61,133 nt of DNA from Caecitellus pseudoparvulus (lineage: Eukaryota; Protista; Bigyra: Bicosoecida): NCBI GenBank assembly GCA_965644315.1, contig CBFFRQ010000109.1, forward strand, positions 1-61,133, written 5' to 3'. Positions within the stretch are counted from its first letter, which is position 1, and each line of letters opens with the position of its first letter. Of the stretch, positions 34,401 to 44,127 are shown one piece after another. The notes below the pieces were generated by a model. The model did no database searches. It was not told the DNA's origin and worked only from the letters and a program-made list of their open reading frames with translations. The translations under genes and the position numbers were made by a program.

Positions 34401-36183
34401 CACAGAGAATACTCAAAGAGGAATCGGCCGCTTCACATGGTTCGCGGGTATGCTGAGCACTGACTGACACCCAGGCCTGTGATTGGGGCCGCCGGAGCAG
34501 TTGGGGGCTGGTGTGCACAGCGAGCCAAGCCGAGTTGCGGAGTTGCAAGCCGGCGACGTAACTTGTCAAGACAGGAAAGACAGCCAAGCTTGCCGACCCA
34601 GGTCGGCCTTCCACGATTCGTAATTGTGAGGACGGCAACACTGCAACTGCAGCCACAGTGCGCACTGTCAAGTGCACCATCTGCGACACGACGCTGGTGG
34701 CCGCAGCGCCCTCAGCGGGCCAACTTCGAACATGGAAGCTGGCCAGGAAGTCGGCCGCGACACTGGAACTCGCCAGGGAGGCTTCCATGTGGACCACGAG
34801 GCGTACAGCTTGGCCTGGGAGCAGCTGGCCTGTTAGGCCGACGGAAGTGGACAGATCGCCGACTGATGTGGCGATGTGGCGCAGCAGGCCCGTTGCTGCT
34901 GCGGAGGCAACCCCCCCCGGGACTGCACACCGCAGACCAGGCACACACACTGCAACCCAGGGAACGGGGGTTGGGATACTTGAGGTCAATGCCCAAGATG
35001 TGACCGCCGGGCCATTATTGCGCAGAAGGTGGTCAATGCTCCTGTTCAAGCCAAGCGGGACGTGCCACAAAGACGCTGTCTGAAACGTTTGCAGCCCCCT
35101 CTGCACCACAGTAACTTGAAAGGGGACGACGACGAGTTCTGAACTTGCACTAGCCGCATGGCTTTGCAAGGAAACGTTGCCGGAGAGGGGCACGCCGTGG
35201 AGCAGCAGAGTGCCACGGTGCGTTCCTGGCCGCAAAGCTGCAGCTGAAAAGGACACAGTCGCAATGACAAGGTTGTAAGGGGCAGAAACATAGCGGTTCT
35301 GGCCCAATGACGCCGTGAACCAGGTGGATACTGTCGGCGTCGTCGCCAGAGACACGCCTTGCAGGCTTGCTGCTTGTATCTGCACCACTACTTCTTGCTT
35401 GGCAGCGCAAGCAACGGCGTCGTATGCTGGACACGAAAACTCCACACGGTGTGGGTAAACGCCCAGCACTGTTGTGCTGCCCAACTTCTTAGCTTCACAA
35501 GCCGCTGGAGAGAGGCTGCTGCAGTTGGAGCTGCCGAGCGGCAAATCCAGCCCGCTGCTCGGCACCGCTCTTGCCGGCACCTCCAGCCCCGCATGCACTT
35601 GCAGGGGCACAAAGCCCCTGAGTATGGGACGCGTTGCGTTTCCCAACGCAACCACAAGCCCGATGGTCTGCTGCGCGGGCACTGCGGGAACGCCTGCTTG
35701 GGCAGCAGCCCCAAGTTGCATCACGAGCTGCCCCTCCAAGCAGCCAGACAAGCGCACAGCATGGAGACGGACAGACCACCACAGACCAAGGTCTTGACAA
35801 GGAGCCCAGCTAGTATGGGATTCCCCTGTGCACGCAATGTCTACATGCCGGGCTTCGCCCAGCAGCGACAAGGGCACGTGAAAGTGTGCTGGGTTGCCAA
35901 CGAGAGTGCCGTCACGGGCTGTGGGAAGAAGCAAGGCCGCTGGCAACCGCGGCATGACAACCATGGACCCTTTCCAATCCACAGCTTGTGTTCCGTTTGC
36001 ATCTCGCCAGCAAGGGCTCCCGTGTGATGCGTTGGCTGGGATGACGTGTGCGCAGGTGCAGGTATCGCGTTGGGCCACTGAAAAGCCAGCACACGGGAGG
36101 GCAGCTAAATTGAATACGAAACCCAAGACAAACACCCACACGTGTACAGGCTTGGCTGAGGATCGCTGCTTGGTTGACTTCAT
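31447..36183 (-). CDS. Large Cys-rich multipass membrane protein TM2 (signal peptide, beta-rich ectodomain, CxxCPxGT modules, multiple TM helices)
   Basis: Uninterrupted ORF; ATG 36183 then hydrophobic VWVFVLGFVFNLAALPCAG; CSLCPRGTFS, CLEGHRGVLCGEC; many hydrophobic segments; paralog of TM1. Confidence 0.85.
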   Translation of the reverse strand: MKSTKQRSSAKPVHVWVFVLGFVFNLAALPCAGFSVAQRDTCTCAHVIPANASHGSPCWRDANGTQAVDWKGSMVVMPRLPAALLLPTARDGTLVGNPAHFHVPLSLLGEARHVDIACTGESHTSWAPCQDLGLWWSVRLHAVRLSGCLEGQLVMQLGAAAQAGVPAVPAQQTIGLVVALGNATRPILRGFVPLQVHAGLEVPARAVPSSGLDLPLGSSNCSSLSPAACEAKKLGSTTVLGVYPHRVEFSCPAYDAVACAAKQEVVVQIQAASLQGVSLATTPTVSTWFTASLGQNRYVSAPYNLVIATVSFSAAALRPGTHRGTLLLHGVPLSGNVSLQSHAASASSELVVVPFQVTVVQRGLQTFQTASLWHVPLGLNRSIDHLLRNNGPAVTSWALTSSIPTPVPWVAVCVPGLRCAVPGGVASAAATGLLRHIATSVGDLSTSVGLTGQLLPGQAVRLVVHMEASLASSSVAADFLASFHVRSWPAEGAAATSVVSQMVHLTVRTVAAVAVLPSSQLRIVEGRPGSASLAVFPVLTSYVAGLQLRNSAWLAVHTSPQLLRRPQSQAWVSVSAQHTREPCEAADSSLSILCGVVQEKAVLNVEGTASEMQSRAELSVQVEQGPPSSGLSNVTVQGNLCDARGPASTCPAPLQRLAVYSGLEQQYSLLVRERDSIGAALSPTGMDPGSELRLYLPPGSAVRGSVAADVLLQSTRWRVFAEQTEPTMFLAMPVLRGAPLQQGLGITQLASVPQNCSGAGLAPSESSLGCTCLPGWGVSPGADAFKEGLSPGDCRQCLAGSFAVQAYGAGPTCSLCPRGTFSLPGAASCRACATQGGACVAGHLRVQSGFWTAEFATQTARRPSDLELGQRILDLQAHRSALSPAFQEEESQAGPDAEPPQRFQQCWPREACITVPNSANMTCLEGHRGVLCGECLHGWARQSAAAQCRKCPPWAQALVLSLTGAFVPVLVIVFLVVRSNRAPKETSILVALFRIMTGWCQMNWVLSQLSTPPPTAWPFILDWLATVSMSPGFISIPSQCAWSMTSPYHRLAAVALQVVLLLGVLGCTTCCPRRKPQPGAQYASNALARIEQHVQQAVRDLNAKRAPGIPRLGELHSHPPGPRATAVASLPELASQQEHVVVAPSVVNTGPEQETQVRHDSVQPPPEQHGEASVDGEFFDDASTIVVDAVDVVEPADEAEHWARPVHVRTAVDLDDTSATKNWRPAALVEPAKPEETPGRRGFAWFHVIVLYGLFAYPSFCIVFLQVLDVIWVPELSVHLLRGDTGLGSLQALFTAALGTAAGLGFLVMILIPCCVVCYPSKAQRLQHVEWSRMRTGTLLAGLRAPHAQRHESMARDGKHTKPSCLAWELLAVLPQRTFLVAAVFLVRGARSQLAALLLLLTASFLVQRALKPYRSSALNTLESAVTLGLWLAAWSALVESDASPAHSTLPQVTLYTSAAFFALPSLLAVGLLLVLITSSIQSQTMAVYEWLQVFVDEHPSMTYHSSLPHWGMWCCTLGYRRSASAYLALLSCMTVPAAIEAAGDTKMLEAAGGLPNLSSHMFPHRVKSDLSTFSDTA

Positions 36184-37009
36184 CGCGCTGATGCTTCTGT
36201 GTGGGCTGTGGCTGCTGCAAGCGTCCTGTCGATGCGAGGCGTAACCGCGCCGAAACGCCAGCGACACCCGCCTGCACCGACGTGGCGCTGCGCCGTTGGC
36301 GGGGCGCCACCTGATGCTAAATCCAGGAAAACAGCAAGGGAGTGTGTCAGCTGTCCCCGGGCCAGAGTCAGGATCGCAGGGCTGGCACGCGGAGCAACAT
36401 GCGTGTCTGGTGTCGAGCACCTCGGCAAGTCGCGAAGCCCCGGTGAGAGTATGTGTTGTCAGCCCACACTGCGGGAACCATCACATGCTGGAACAAGCGT
36501 CCTGCACACTTGAGGTACCTTTGTCATGCCGTGATTATTTCGATTGTGCTTCTTCGTTGGAGCCGGCGCCGGGCAGAGCTTGGCGACGATGAATGCCACA
36601 CCCGCTGCTCGCTGTGGCAAGGGTGGGCAGTCCACAGTGGCAAACCAGACAACCAGCTTGATTTTCGCAGCATGTGATTCAACTGATAGGCGGTGTGCTG
36701 TGCAGGAAACAGAGGCGCACGTGTCATTCACCAACGACGCTGCCGGGGGACCAAGTCGGAGAACCAGGATCAGCCTCATCTTCGGAGCCTGGAGCAAGGC
36801 CAAGGTAACGCATGCTGCCAATCAGCCGTAATGAGGCTGAAGCGCCTCTGTGTCCTCCCAAAACCTTTGTACGTGCGGCAAAGATGTGGATCGGTCATCC
36901 TCCACGGCAACCACCCACAATACAAACACCAATCACTGCACCTGGCATGAGACCCGCCTACAAGCATGTTGTGACACGCTTTGAACCATTGCCCAGGTCC
37001 AAGCAAGCC

Positions 37010-37753
37010 ATGGGGGGGTCCGACGAGTTCGAGGCTGCCTCGCGTGCATACTGGCGAGAGCGGCACCGAGCCGTGCAGCACCTGTCTGACAGCCAGTACT
37101 TGCTGGCACACATGGTCAGACTGCCCCTGTATTTATGGGAAACTGCAGTACCTGCGACGGGTGCCGTTATTGTGGCTGACATGTTGCACAGCTACGCAAA
37201 GGGGTTCCGCGCAGCGTGAGTTTCGGCGGCGTTTCAGGCGGATGGCCACACCCCTGTCACTTGTGCTCCCCACCTCCACAGCTCCATTGGCGAGCGGATC
37301 AAAGCATCTGGGCCTGTGGGCGTGCGAACTGCACTGCGCATGGCAGGCCTCGTCGTGCTACAACAAGCCACAGAGCAGGCTCTGTGTCGCACCCTGCGGG
37401 TGGGTGAGCGATACGAAGCTGACCCATACGATGGCCTGGGCCGTCTCACAGTGCTGCGGGCAGCAGCTGGGCTTGCAGCAGGGGCGGCCGTCGCTGCGGT
37501 TGGAAAACACGGTTTTTCGTTCTTTCATTCCGCTGCCCGTGCAGCGCGGCACCCGAAACATGTGTACGTGGGAGCCTGGTCCCTCGCCGGTGGCTTCTGG
37601 GGCATGAGCGGCACAGCGCACGTTGCCAGCGTGTCCCTGAACGCCAGAGCAGCATGGGGTGAGGCGCTTGGCGGGGAAGCAGCGCCAGCCGACTTGAAGG
37701 CCCAAGTGGCCGCCTCTGCCGCCCAGGCGCGGAAGAGGGGAGAGGACAGGTGA
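37010..37753 (+). CDS. Putative Tim17/Tim22/Tim23-family membrane protein
   Basis: Intron 37216-37281 joins ORFs 36812..37219 and 37316..37753 in frame; G..A.R.AG...E.AL...R...D...AGLAAGA glycine-zipper pattern. Alternative ATG at 36947. Confidence 0.5.
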
Positions 37754-37773
37754 CGCAAAGTTGGGCAATGCAC

Positions 37774-40700
37774 TCACTTTGCAGCCTTGCCGGCGTCTGC
37801 CTTGCGCTTGCCCTTGGGCTTCAGCAAGCCTCGGTGCCACAGCTCACTGCGTGCGTGCAGTGCGGCTTGCTGGGCGCGCTCGTTCACCGCCCTGCGACCG
37901 GCAATCAGCGCAGCCAGCGTCGCTCGCAGGTGCTTCAGCTTCACCCGCACACGCTGCTCTTGCTGTGCCGACTCTGTGTCACCCGCCACCTGCATCCAGT
38001 AATCCAGGCTGCCCCCTGCAGCCACAGCCTGCATGCTGCGCTGGCTACCTGCCACACTGGCGAACTCCAGGACACTGGTGGTGGGCGGTGAGAAAACAGT
38101 GTTGGCCAGTCCGCCGCCGCCCACACCCACCACGACGTCAGCCAGCTGGAACATGCGCAGAACGGCTGCCAGGGGCGCCGCCGCCACGTCCACCTCCACG
38201 ATCGTCATGCGTGCGTCTACGACGGGCACTGCGTCAAAGGAGCCGTTGAACTGCGACCCGTCCACACGAGGCGTCAGGAGCGTGCCCCCTTCGTGTGCAG
38301 CCTTGCTGGCATGGACGGCAGCTGCTCGCCGCTTGGTCAGCGTGCCTTGGGCCGCCTCCTCCTGCTCAGTGCGTAGCCATGCGCGCAGGTGCAGGAGGCC
38401 AGTCTCGGCAGCCACCTGCATGTCGTCGGCTTGCCACCGCTGGCCAATCATAGGGTGAGTCATCTGGGCCAGCGTGTCGGAGTCACCAGCACCAACGGAC
38501 ATGACGACGGCAGGCGAGCCGGTGCGCTGGTCTCGCATGCCGCCGTGGTGCGTTTCCTCCACAGCCTCCTGGAAAAACGCCTTGAGGCAGCGCATCACCG
38601 CCTGGGGCTTGGCTAGCGCCCTCCCCGTGTCCACATCACTCGTGACAACCACCACGTTGCGAATGGGGGGGTACGCCAACACCGTCCCATTATCCCACAG
38701 AAAAGGACTGCTGAAGCCGCTGAAGCTCTGCCAGGCGGGGGGGGGCTCCTCCCACTCCCCGTTCTCCTGGTCAGCGCCGCCTGCACTGGCACGCTCAGCA
38801 CGACTGCGTTTCTTCCACTTGCGCCGGCGGCGTGATTTGACGCGTTTCTCGCCCGTCTCTACCTCCGCTGCCTTGCGCACTTCTTGCGTCGTGTCCAGAG
38901 CATGCTCCGGCTGGGGCTTGGGCACCAGCAACCCTGCAAAGTGGCGGCGCACGAGCTGCAAGAGGGCTCGTGGGGCAACGGGGGGCGGCACGCGCACATC
39001 CTCCGAAGCTTGTTCACCCCACACCTCCACGCCTGCCGCCAGCAGGGACGGTTTCACTTCCCCCTGCGTTTCAGTTGCGGAGCGTCCACGCAAGCCTACC
39101 TGGGACAGTGGCAGCTTGCCCTGCAGCCGGGACTCCCACACAGCAGCCAGAGCACGACGAGATGCGATGGACTCGCTGGCGTTGAAGGGCGGTGGCAGGG
39201 TCAGGCTGTCAGCTGCAGACAGCACTGTTTCTGCGGTCGCCATCACCTCCGCATCAGCCATGGTACTTTCGGGGAAAGCTCCCAGCCCCCTTGGCGCCCG
39301 GTTTGGCGGGGGGCCCCATGTGCCCACGAACAGCTTGTCAGCATGCACGACAGTGTGGTGGGGGTGCACGAGCACCATGTGCCCCACGCCAATACGCAGC
39401 ATGTCAGCGAAGGCACCCACGTATGGCGCCCCGGCTCGCAGGAGAATACGCATGTCAGGCAAGTCTGCCATGGAGGCGTGCCCTGCACCAGAGGCACGGT
39501 TCTTCAACTGCTCAGTGACCAGCATGAAACGCGGCAGCACCTGCGTCACCCACGCAGTGTACGTGTCTTGCCCAGGCTGGACCAGGGACAGGCCCACTGG
39601 CACTCGAACCACTTGCTTTGCGGGTGGTGCCATGCCGCCTGTGCCTGCATCTCCGAGAAAGTGCCGAGCCATGTGGCTGACCGCGCCCGCATCCACTGCG
39701 AACACGGTCTTGTCGTCGTACACAATGCCTGCTGCCCCTTCCACGAACACATCTTCGAACTCGAGGAAGTGCATCTCGCCCTCCCAGAACCGACCCGTGA
39801 CACACCCCGCATTCGGCCCGAACTGGTACGAAGCAGGCAGCTGTGCATACGTGCCGAGGGCTGGAGCCAGTGGCGTGTCATCCTCCGCTGCGGGTGTGCC
39901 GAAAGACGCCGCACCCGCCACACGCCCTGTCCACGATTGTGCCGAAGCGGACGCCTCGGGCACGAACTGCGGCAGGAAGGGGCCATAGGGCTCGCCCCAG
40001 GTCAGAAAGTACAGCGGGTCCGCCGCCACCAACCCCCCCTCTGCATCCCACTCCGCTGCGGTGTCCGCCAAACTGGACATGTGGGCAGTGACGTTGGTGA
40101 CGAGCTCTCGCCTCCGCACCACACGCCCCTCACCCTGTGCAGCATCAGGCCACGTGGCACGGGGGCCCATGTCTGCAACTGTTTGAGCCAGGCGCCTGGG
40201 GCCACCCACGCTCCCACCGCTCCCATCGTCAGCCGCCTGCCAAGGCTTGCCAGTGCTGAGCGCGACATCCTGAGACTCCACAGACACCTCCCGTACCCTG
40301 GAAGCCTTGCGTGCGGCGTGAAGCGACGCCTGCAGGCGCCACCGCTGCAATACCTTGCTCTGTGCCAGGGCCAGTGCTGGGGCAGCGGCGTCCCACCCCC
40401 CAACCGCCTGCAACTGCTCACCCAGCGCCGCTAGTGTGCGCCCCTCCCAAACGAGGCGCTCCATTGCCTGAAGGCGCTGGGAGGCGGAGCTGACGTTGCC
40501 TAACACTGCAGTTTGCGCAACACCTGCCTCCCGCATGGCTGCCAGTGTTGCGTTGGCAGCTTCACGCTCCTTGCCACCCAGGGCCTGAGCGGCCGAACCC
40601 TGCAGAGCCAGTGCGAAGGCCTTGGCTTCCGGGAAGGCTTCACAGGCCTGCACAGCGTCTAGCGCTGCGCGGTACTGTGCCTCCACACCTGGTTTCAAGT

Positions 40701-40869
40701 CCCTGTGTCTGGAAAGCGCGGTGGGGTGCGCAGCTGCCGCCAAGGCGCCTCCGCAGGGAGTGCTGCTGTCCACGCCGATCCACGTGGGCAACTCAACCGC
40801 TGCCTCCCCTGCCGCTAGCATCAGAGAAAGAGCTCCAATCACCACCCTGAACACCTTCATACCCATCAT
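37774..40869 (-). CDS. Secreted glycosyltransferase family 61-like protein (degenerate motifs)
   Basis: N-terminal signal peptide; YTAWVTQVLPRF and FQLADVVVGVGGGGLANTVFSPPTTSVLEF match the GT61 YxHW..LP and GxHGAGLxN..F....ViE motifs. Confidence 0.75.
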   Translation of the reverse strand: MMGMKVFRVVIGALSLMLAAGEAAVELPTWIGVDSSTPCGGALAAAAHPTALSRHRDLKPGVEAQYRAALDAVQACEAFPEAKAFALALQGSAAQALGGKEREAANATLAAMREAGVAQTAVLGNVSSASQRLQAMERLVWEGRTLAALGEQLQAVGGWDAAAPALALAQSKVLQRWRLQASLHAARKASRVREVSVESQDVALSTGKPWQAADDGSGGSVGGPRRLAQTVADMGPRATWPDAAQGEGRVVRRRELVTNVTAHMSSLADTAAEWDAEGGLVAADPLYFLTWGEPYGPFLPQFVPEASASAQSWTGRVAGAASFGTPAAEDDTPLAPALGTYAQLPASYQFGPNAGCVTGRFWEGEMHFLEFEDVFVEGAAGIVYDDKTVFAVDAGAVSHMARHFLGDAGTGGMAPPAKQVVRVPVGLSLVQPGQDTYTAWVTQVLPRFMLVTEQLKNRASGAGHASMADLPDMRILLRAGAPYVGAFADMLRIGVGHMVLVHPHHTVVHADKLFVGTWGPPPNRAPRGLGAFPESTMADAEVMATAETVLSAADSLTLPPPFNASESIASRRALAAVWESRLQGKLPLSQVGLRGRSATETQGEVKPSLLAAGVEVWGEQASEDVRVPPPVAPRALLQLVRRHFAGLLVPKPQPEHALDTTQEVRKAAEVETGEKRVKSRRRRKWKKRSRAERASAGGADQENGEWEEPPPAWQSFSGFSSPFLWDNGTVLAYPPIRNVVVVTSDVDTGRALAKPQAVMRCLKAFFQEAVEETHHGGMRDQRTGSPAVVMSVGAGDSDTLAQMTHPMIGQRWQADDMQVAAETGLLHLRAWLRTEQEEAAQGTLTKRRAAAVHASKAAHEGGTLLTPRVDGSQFNGSFDAVPVVDARMTIVEVDVAAAPLAAVLRMFQLADVVVGVGGGGLANTVFSPPTTSVLEFASVAGSQRSMQAVAAGGSLDYWMQVAGDTESAQQEQRVRVKLKHLRATLAALIAGRRAVNERAQQAALHARSELWHRGLLKPKGKRKADAGKAAK

Positions 40870-41539
40870 GAATATCGTTGATTAGGCTCTTGAGTCGGAA
40901 AGTCCTCCTGTGCTGATGCAACCGGCCTCGCTTTCTTCAGCGACCTTGCGGAAATCGGGCAGACGATGGCTCCCAACGAAATAGCCAGGGGAACGAGAGA
41001 ACAGGCACAGGAATGCCCGAGTATGAATGTGGGACAATACATCAGGTACATGTCAACTCTCACGTGCTTCGAATTTTCTTTTACTTCCTCGCTGCGCGAG
41101 TTCGGAGCCTGGGCGCGAGGTGCTGGACAAGACACGGCACAGCACAGACCTCGAGGGAACAAAATCCACGGCTGAAAGCGAGCCCTGTGGAATGCACAGT
41201 GGCGTTTTCAAGAGCATGCAAGGATCAGCTGCGGCGTGCACTCCCCGCGATCGCAAGGCCTCCTGTCCCACTCACACCCAGCCTCCTTTTTTGACCCGGC
41301 CGCATCAGTGAACTGCACCCGATTCGACGCACAGCTGCATTGCCCCGCTCCCGCTGGTCCTGCCCTGTATTTACACCCACTCGGCGCCCGCTACCGCCAC
41401 CACCTCTGCCACGTGCGCCTTCCAAGGCTGCCTGGCTGCGGAGCAACTGCAGTCGCATGCGGCGAGTGCGAGACCTGCTCTGCCACGGCTGCACACCCGT
41501 CGGAACTCTGCAAGTTAGACGCCTCTGCCCTTTTCAAAC

Positions 41540-43973
41540 ATGAACAAGTATGAAGTGCTGGGCATTGTCGGGGAAGGAGCCTACGGCGTCGTGCTGCGGT
41601 GCCGCAACAAGGTGAGGCCTGGCTCGCGAGCGGAAATTGCACATCGCGCGGGCGCCGGGAAGGCGACGTGGGCACCAGCTCCCTGCACGGCGTGCTCCCT
41701 GACGCACAGGAAACGTCCGAAACCATTGCAATCAAGAAGTTCAAAGAGAGCGAGGGTGCGTGCTCCGTCGAAGCTCCGCAGGAGCTGGCCCTGCACACGT
41801 CACGCACCGCTGCGCAGATGATGATGTGGTGCGCAAGACCACGCTGCGGGAGGTGAAGATTCTGCGGCAGCTGCGCCACCCCTGCATCGTGTCCCTGCAA
41901 GAAGCCTTCCGGCGCAAGGGCAAGCTGTACTTGGTCTTCGAGTACGTGGAGCGGAACTTGCTGGAGTTGCTGGAGGCGCACCCGGGCGGCCTGGGCCAGC
42001 AACAAGTGCAAACCTTCATCTTCCAGCTGTGCATGGCCATCGACTGGTGCCACTCGCACCGCGTCATCCACCGCGACATCAAGCCTGAGAACCTGCTCGT
42101 GGACGCCGCAGCAGGCACCCTGAAGCTGTGTGACTTTGGCTTCGCACGCACCCTGCCCAGCAAAACCTCCTCTCGGTCCAAGGCACTGACAGACTATGTC
42201 GCCACACGGTGGTACCGGGCGCCGGAGCTGCTGCTGGGCAGCACCGACTACACCACTGCCGTGGATATCTGGGCCATCGGCTGCATCATGGGGGAGCTGG
42301 CAGACGGGCAGCCGCTGTTCCCCGGTGACTCGGACGCCGACCAGCTGCACGTGATCCAGCGGGGCATTGGGCCCATGACCTCCGCCCAGATGGAGCGCTT
42401 CTTGAAGGCCAAGCGCTTCCGCGGCGTGAAGTTCCCCGACATCTCCCGCTCGGCGTCCCTGGCGGAGAAATATGGCGCCATCCTGCCGCCCACTGGCGTG
42501 GACTTCATGCGAGACTGCCTGCGGATGGACCCTGCCCGACGCCTCACAGCACGGCAGGCTGTGCTGCACCCCTTCTTCAGCGGACTGCCTGAGGCGTTCG
42601 GGTGGGAACCGTACGAACCCGACTCCCCAAAGACAGCTCCAGCCCCAGCTCCAGCACCGGCAGCAGCACCGGCAGCAAGCCGAGGCAGCACCAGCACAGC
42701 GACAGAGGCCAGTGGACGAGCAAGTGAAGTGGCATTCCAGGGAGGGGGGGGGCATGCCCCCTCTGCTGTGGCCCGCCACACACCGTCAGAAGTGGGGTGG
42801 GGCCACACCCAGGCTGCACGGGGTGGCGCTGGTTCGCGGGGCGGCCACCGAGCGCCGAACACTACGAAGTGGCTAGGGTCGGATGCCAGCACGGGGCGGG
42901 GCGGCATCCGGAACACCATGCAGACGCTGGGCGTGGGCAGTGAGGAAGTCATGCCGGCTCGCATGCCGTCTCGGGCTGGCAGCAGGGCGGGCGGTCCGGC
43001 TGTGCTGCGGTCCCTGTCGCGGGGGGGGCACCGCAGCGGGGGAGGGGGGGGTGATGCCCTGCACATGATGGGCGTGATGGGTGCCGAGCCGACACCCAGC
43101 AGTGTTCCGCATGCATCTCCCACCGCGGCCACCCACGCCAGCGAGGGCAAGGACTCCCCAGATGGGTACGAAGACGAGTGGGAAGAGAGCAAGAGCCCGG
43201 CGATGATGCCGGCGCAGCCCCTGCATGCCAGCCCCGCCCAGCCGCGTCGCATCATCCCCCTGCAGGCATCCGGACCGGACCCCGCCAACCGCACACCCAG
43301 CAAGCTGGGCATGTACGGCGCTGCTGCGCGGGCAGGCGGCGGCGGCGGCGGCGGCGACGTGTCTGGCCACACCTCCTCGCGTGCCAGTCGCACACGCGGC
43401 TCTCGCAGGCGGCGTCAGGGTTCCCGCCCCGCCACACGCGCCACGCCACACCGCAGCAGCAAGGGCGCCGAGCGTCACTCCTCCAGAGGCACTGGCGCTG
43501 GCGCCGCATACGGCACGGGCGCTGCCTCTTCCATGTACAGACCAGGTACTAGGGGCGACGGGGATACGTCCAGGCGCCAGCGCGTGCCCAACGCACGTCA
43601 CGCGTTGCCTGGGCCCGTGCATGTGGCCGGTCGCGTGCCGGGTCGCGGTCGCGAACAGCGGCACGTCGCAGCGCCGACCCGGAGCGGCCTGGGGCAACCT
43701 ACTCACCGCCCTGGCCAGCAGCTGGGCAGCTCTGCCACTGCTGTGGCGCAAGCTCGCGCTGATGCGGCAGGCTCACGGTCCAGCGGCGTGCAGTTGCCAG
43801 GCGGGCCGCTGGCGGATATACCCTCCTTCCACCAGCGCTCAGCGGCTGCAGGAGCTCGTCTGCAGCCGCTGGGCTCTGTGCCTGAAGCCCAGATTCCCGA
43901 ACAGAGCTTCCGCAAGAGTCAGTTCTACGTGGCGCCACTGCCGGGGTTTGGCGCAGCGGCACACCACAAGTAG
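41540..43973 (+). CDS. CDKL5: Cyclin-dependent kinase-like kinase (CDKL5/LF5-like) with long disordered tail
   Basis: Exons 41540-41611, 41710-41755, 41818-43973: [68 protein letters not shown]. Confidence 0.92.
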
Positions 43974-44127
43974 AGCGCTGACTCCCCAGTGCACGCAGCG
44001 AATTCACTCACTCACCAAAACAAACTCGTTGAGCACCTTCCATTGCATGCCACATGCACCAGCCGACCCCTCTCGCCGCCTGCGCAAGCTCGCTTGCGCT
44101 GCCGAGGCCACACCTTGCCACTGCACA

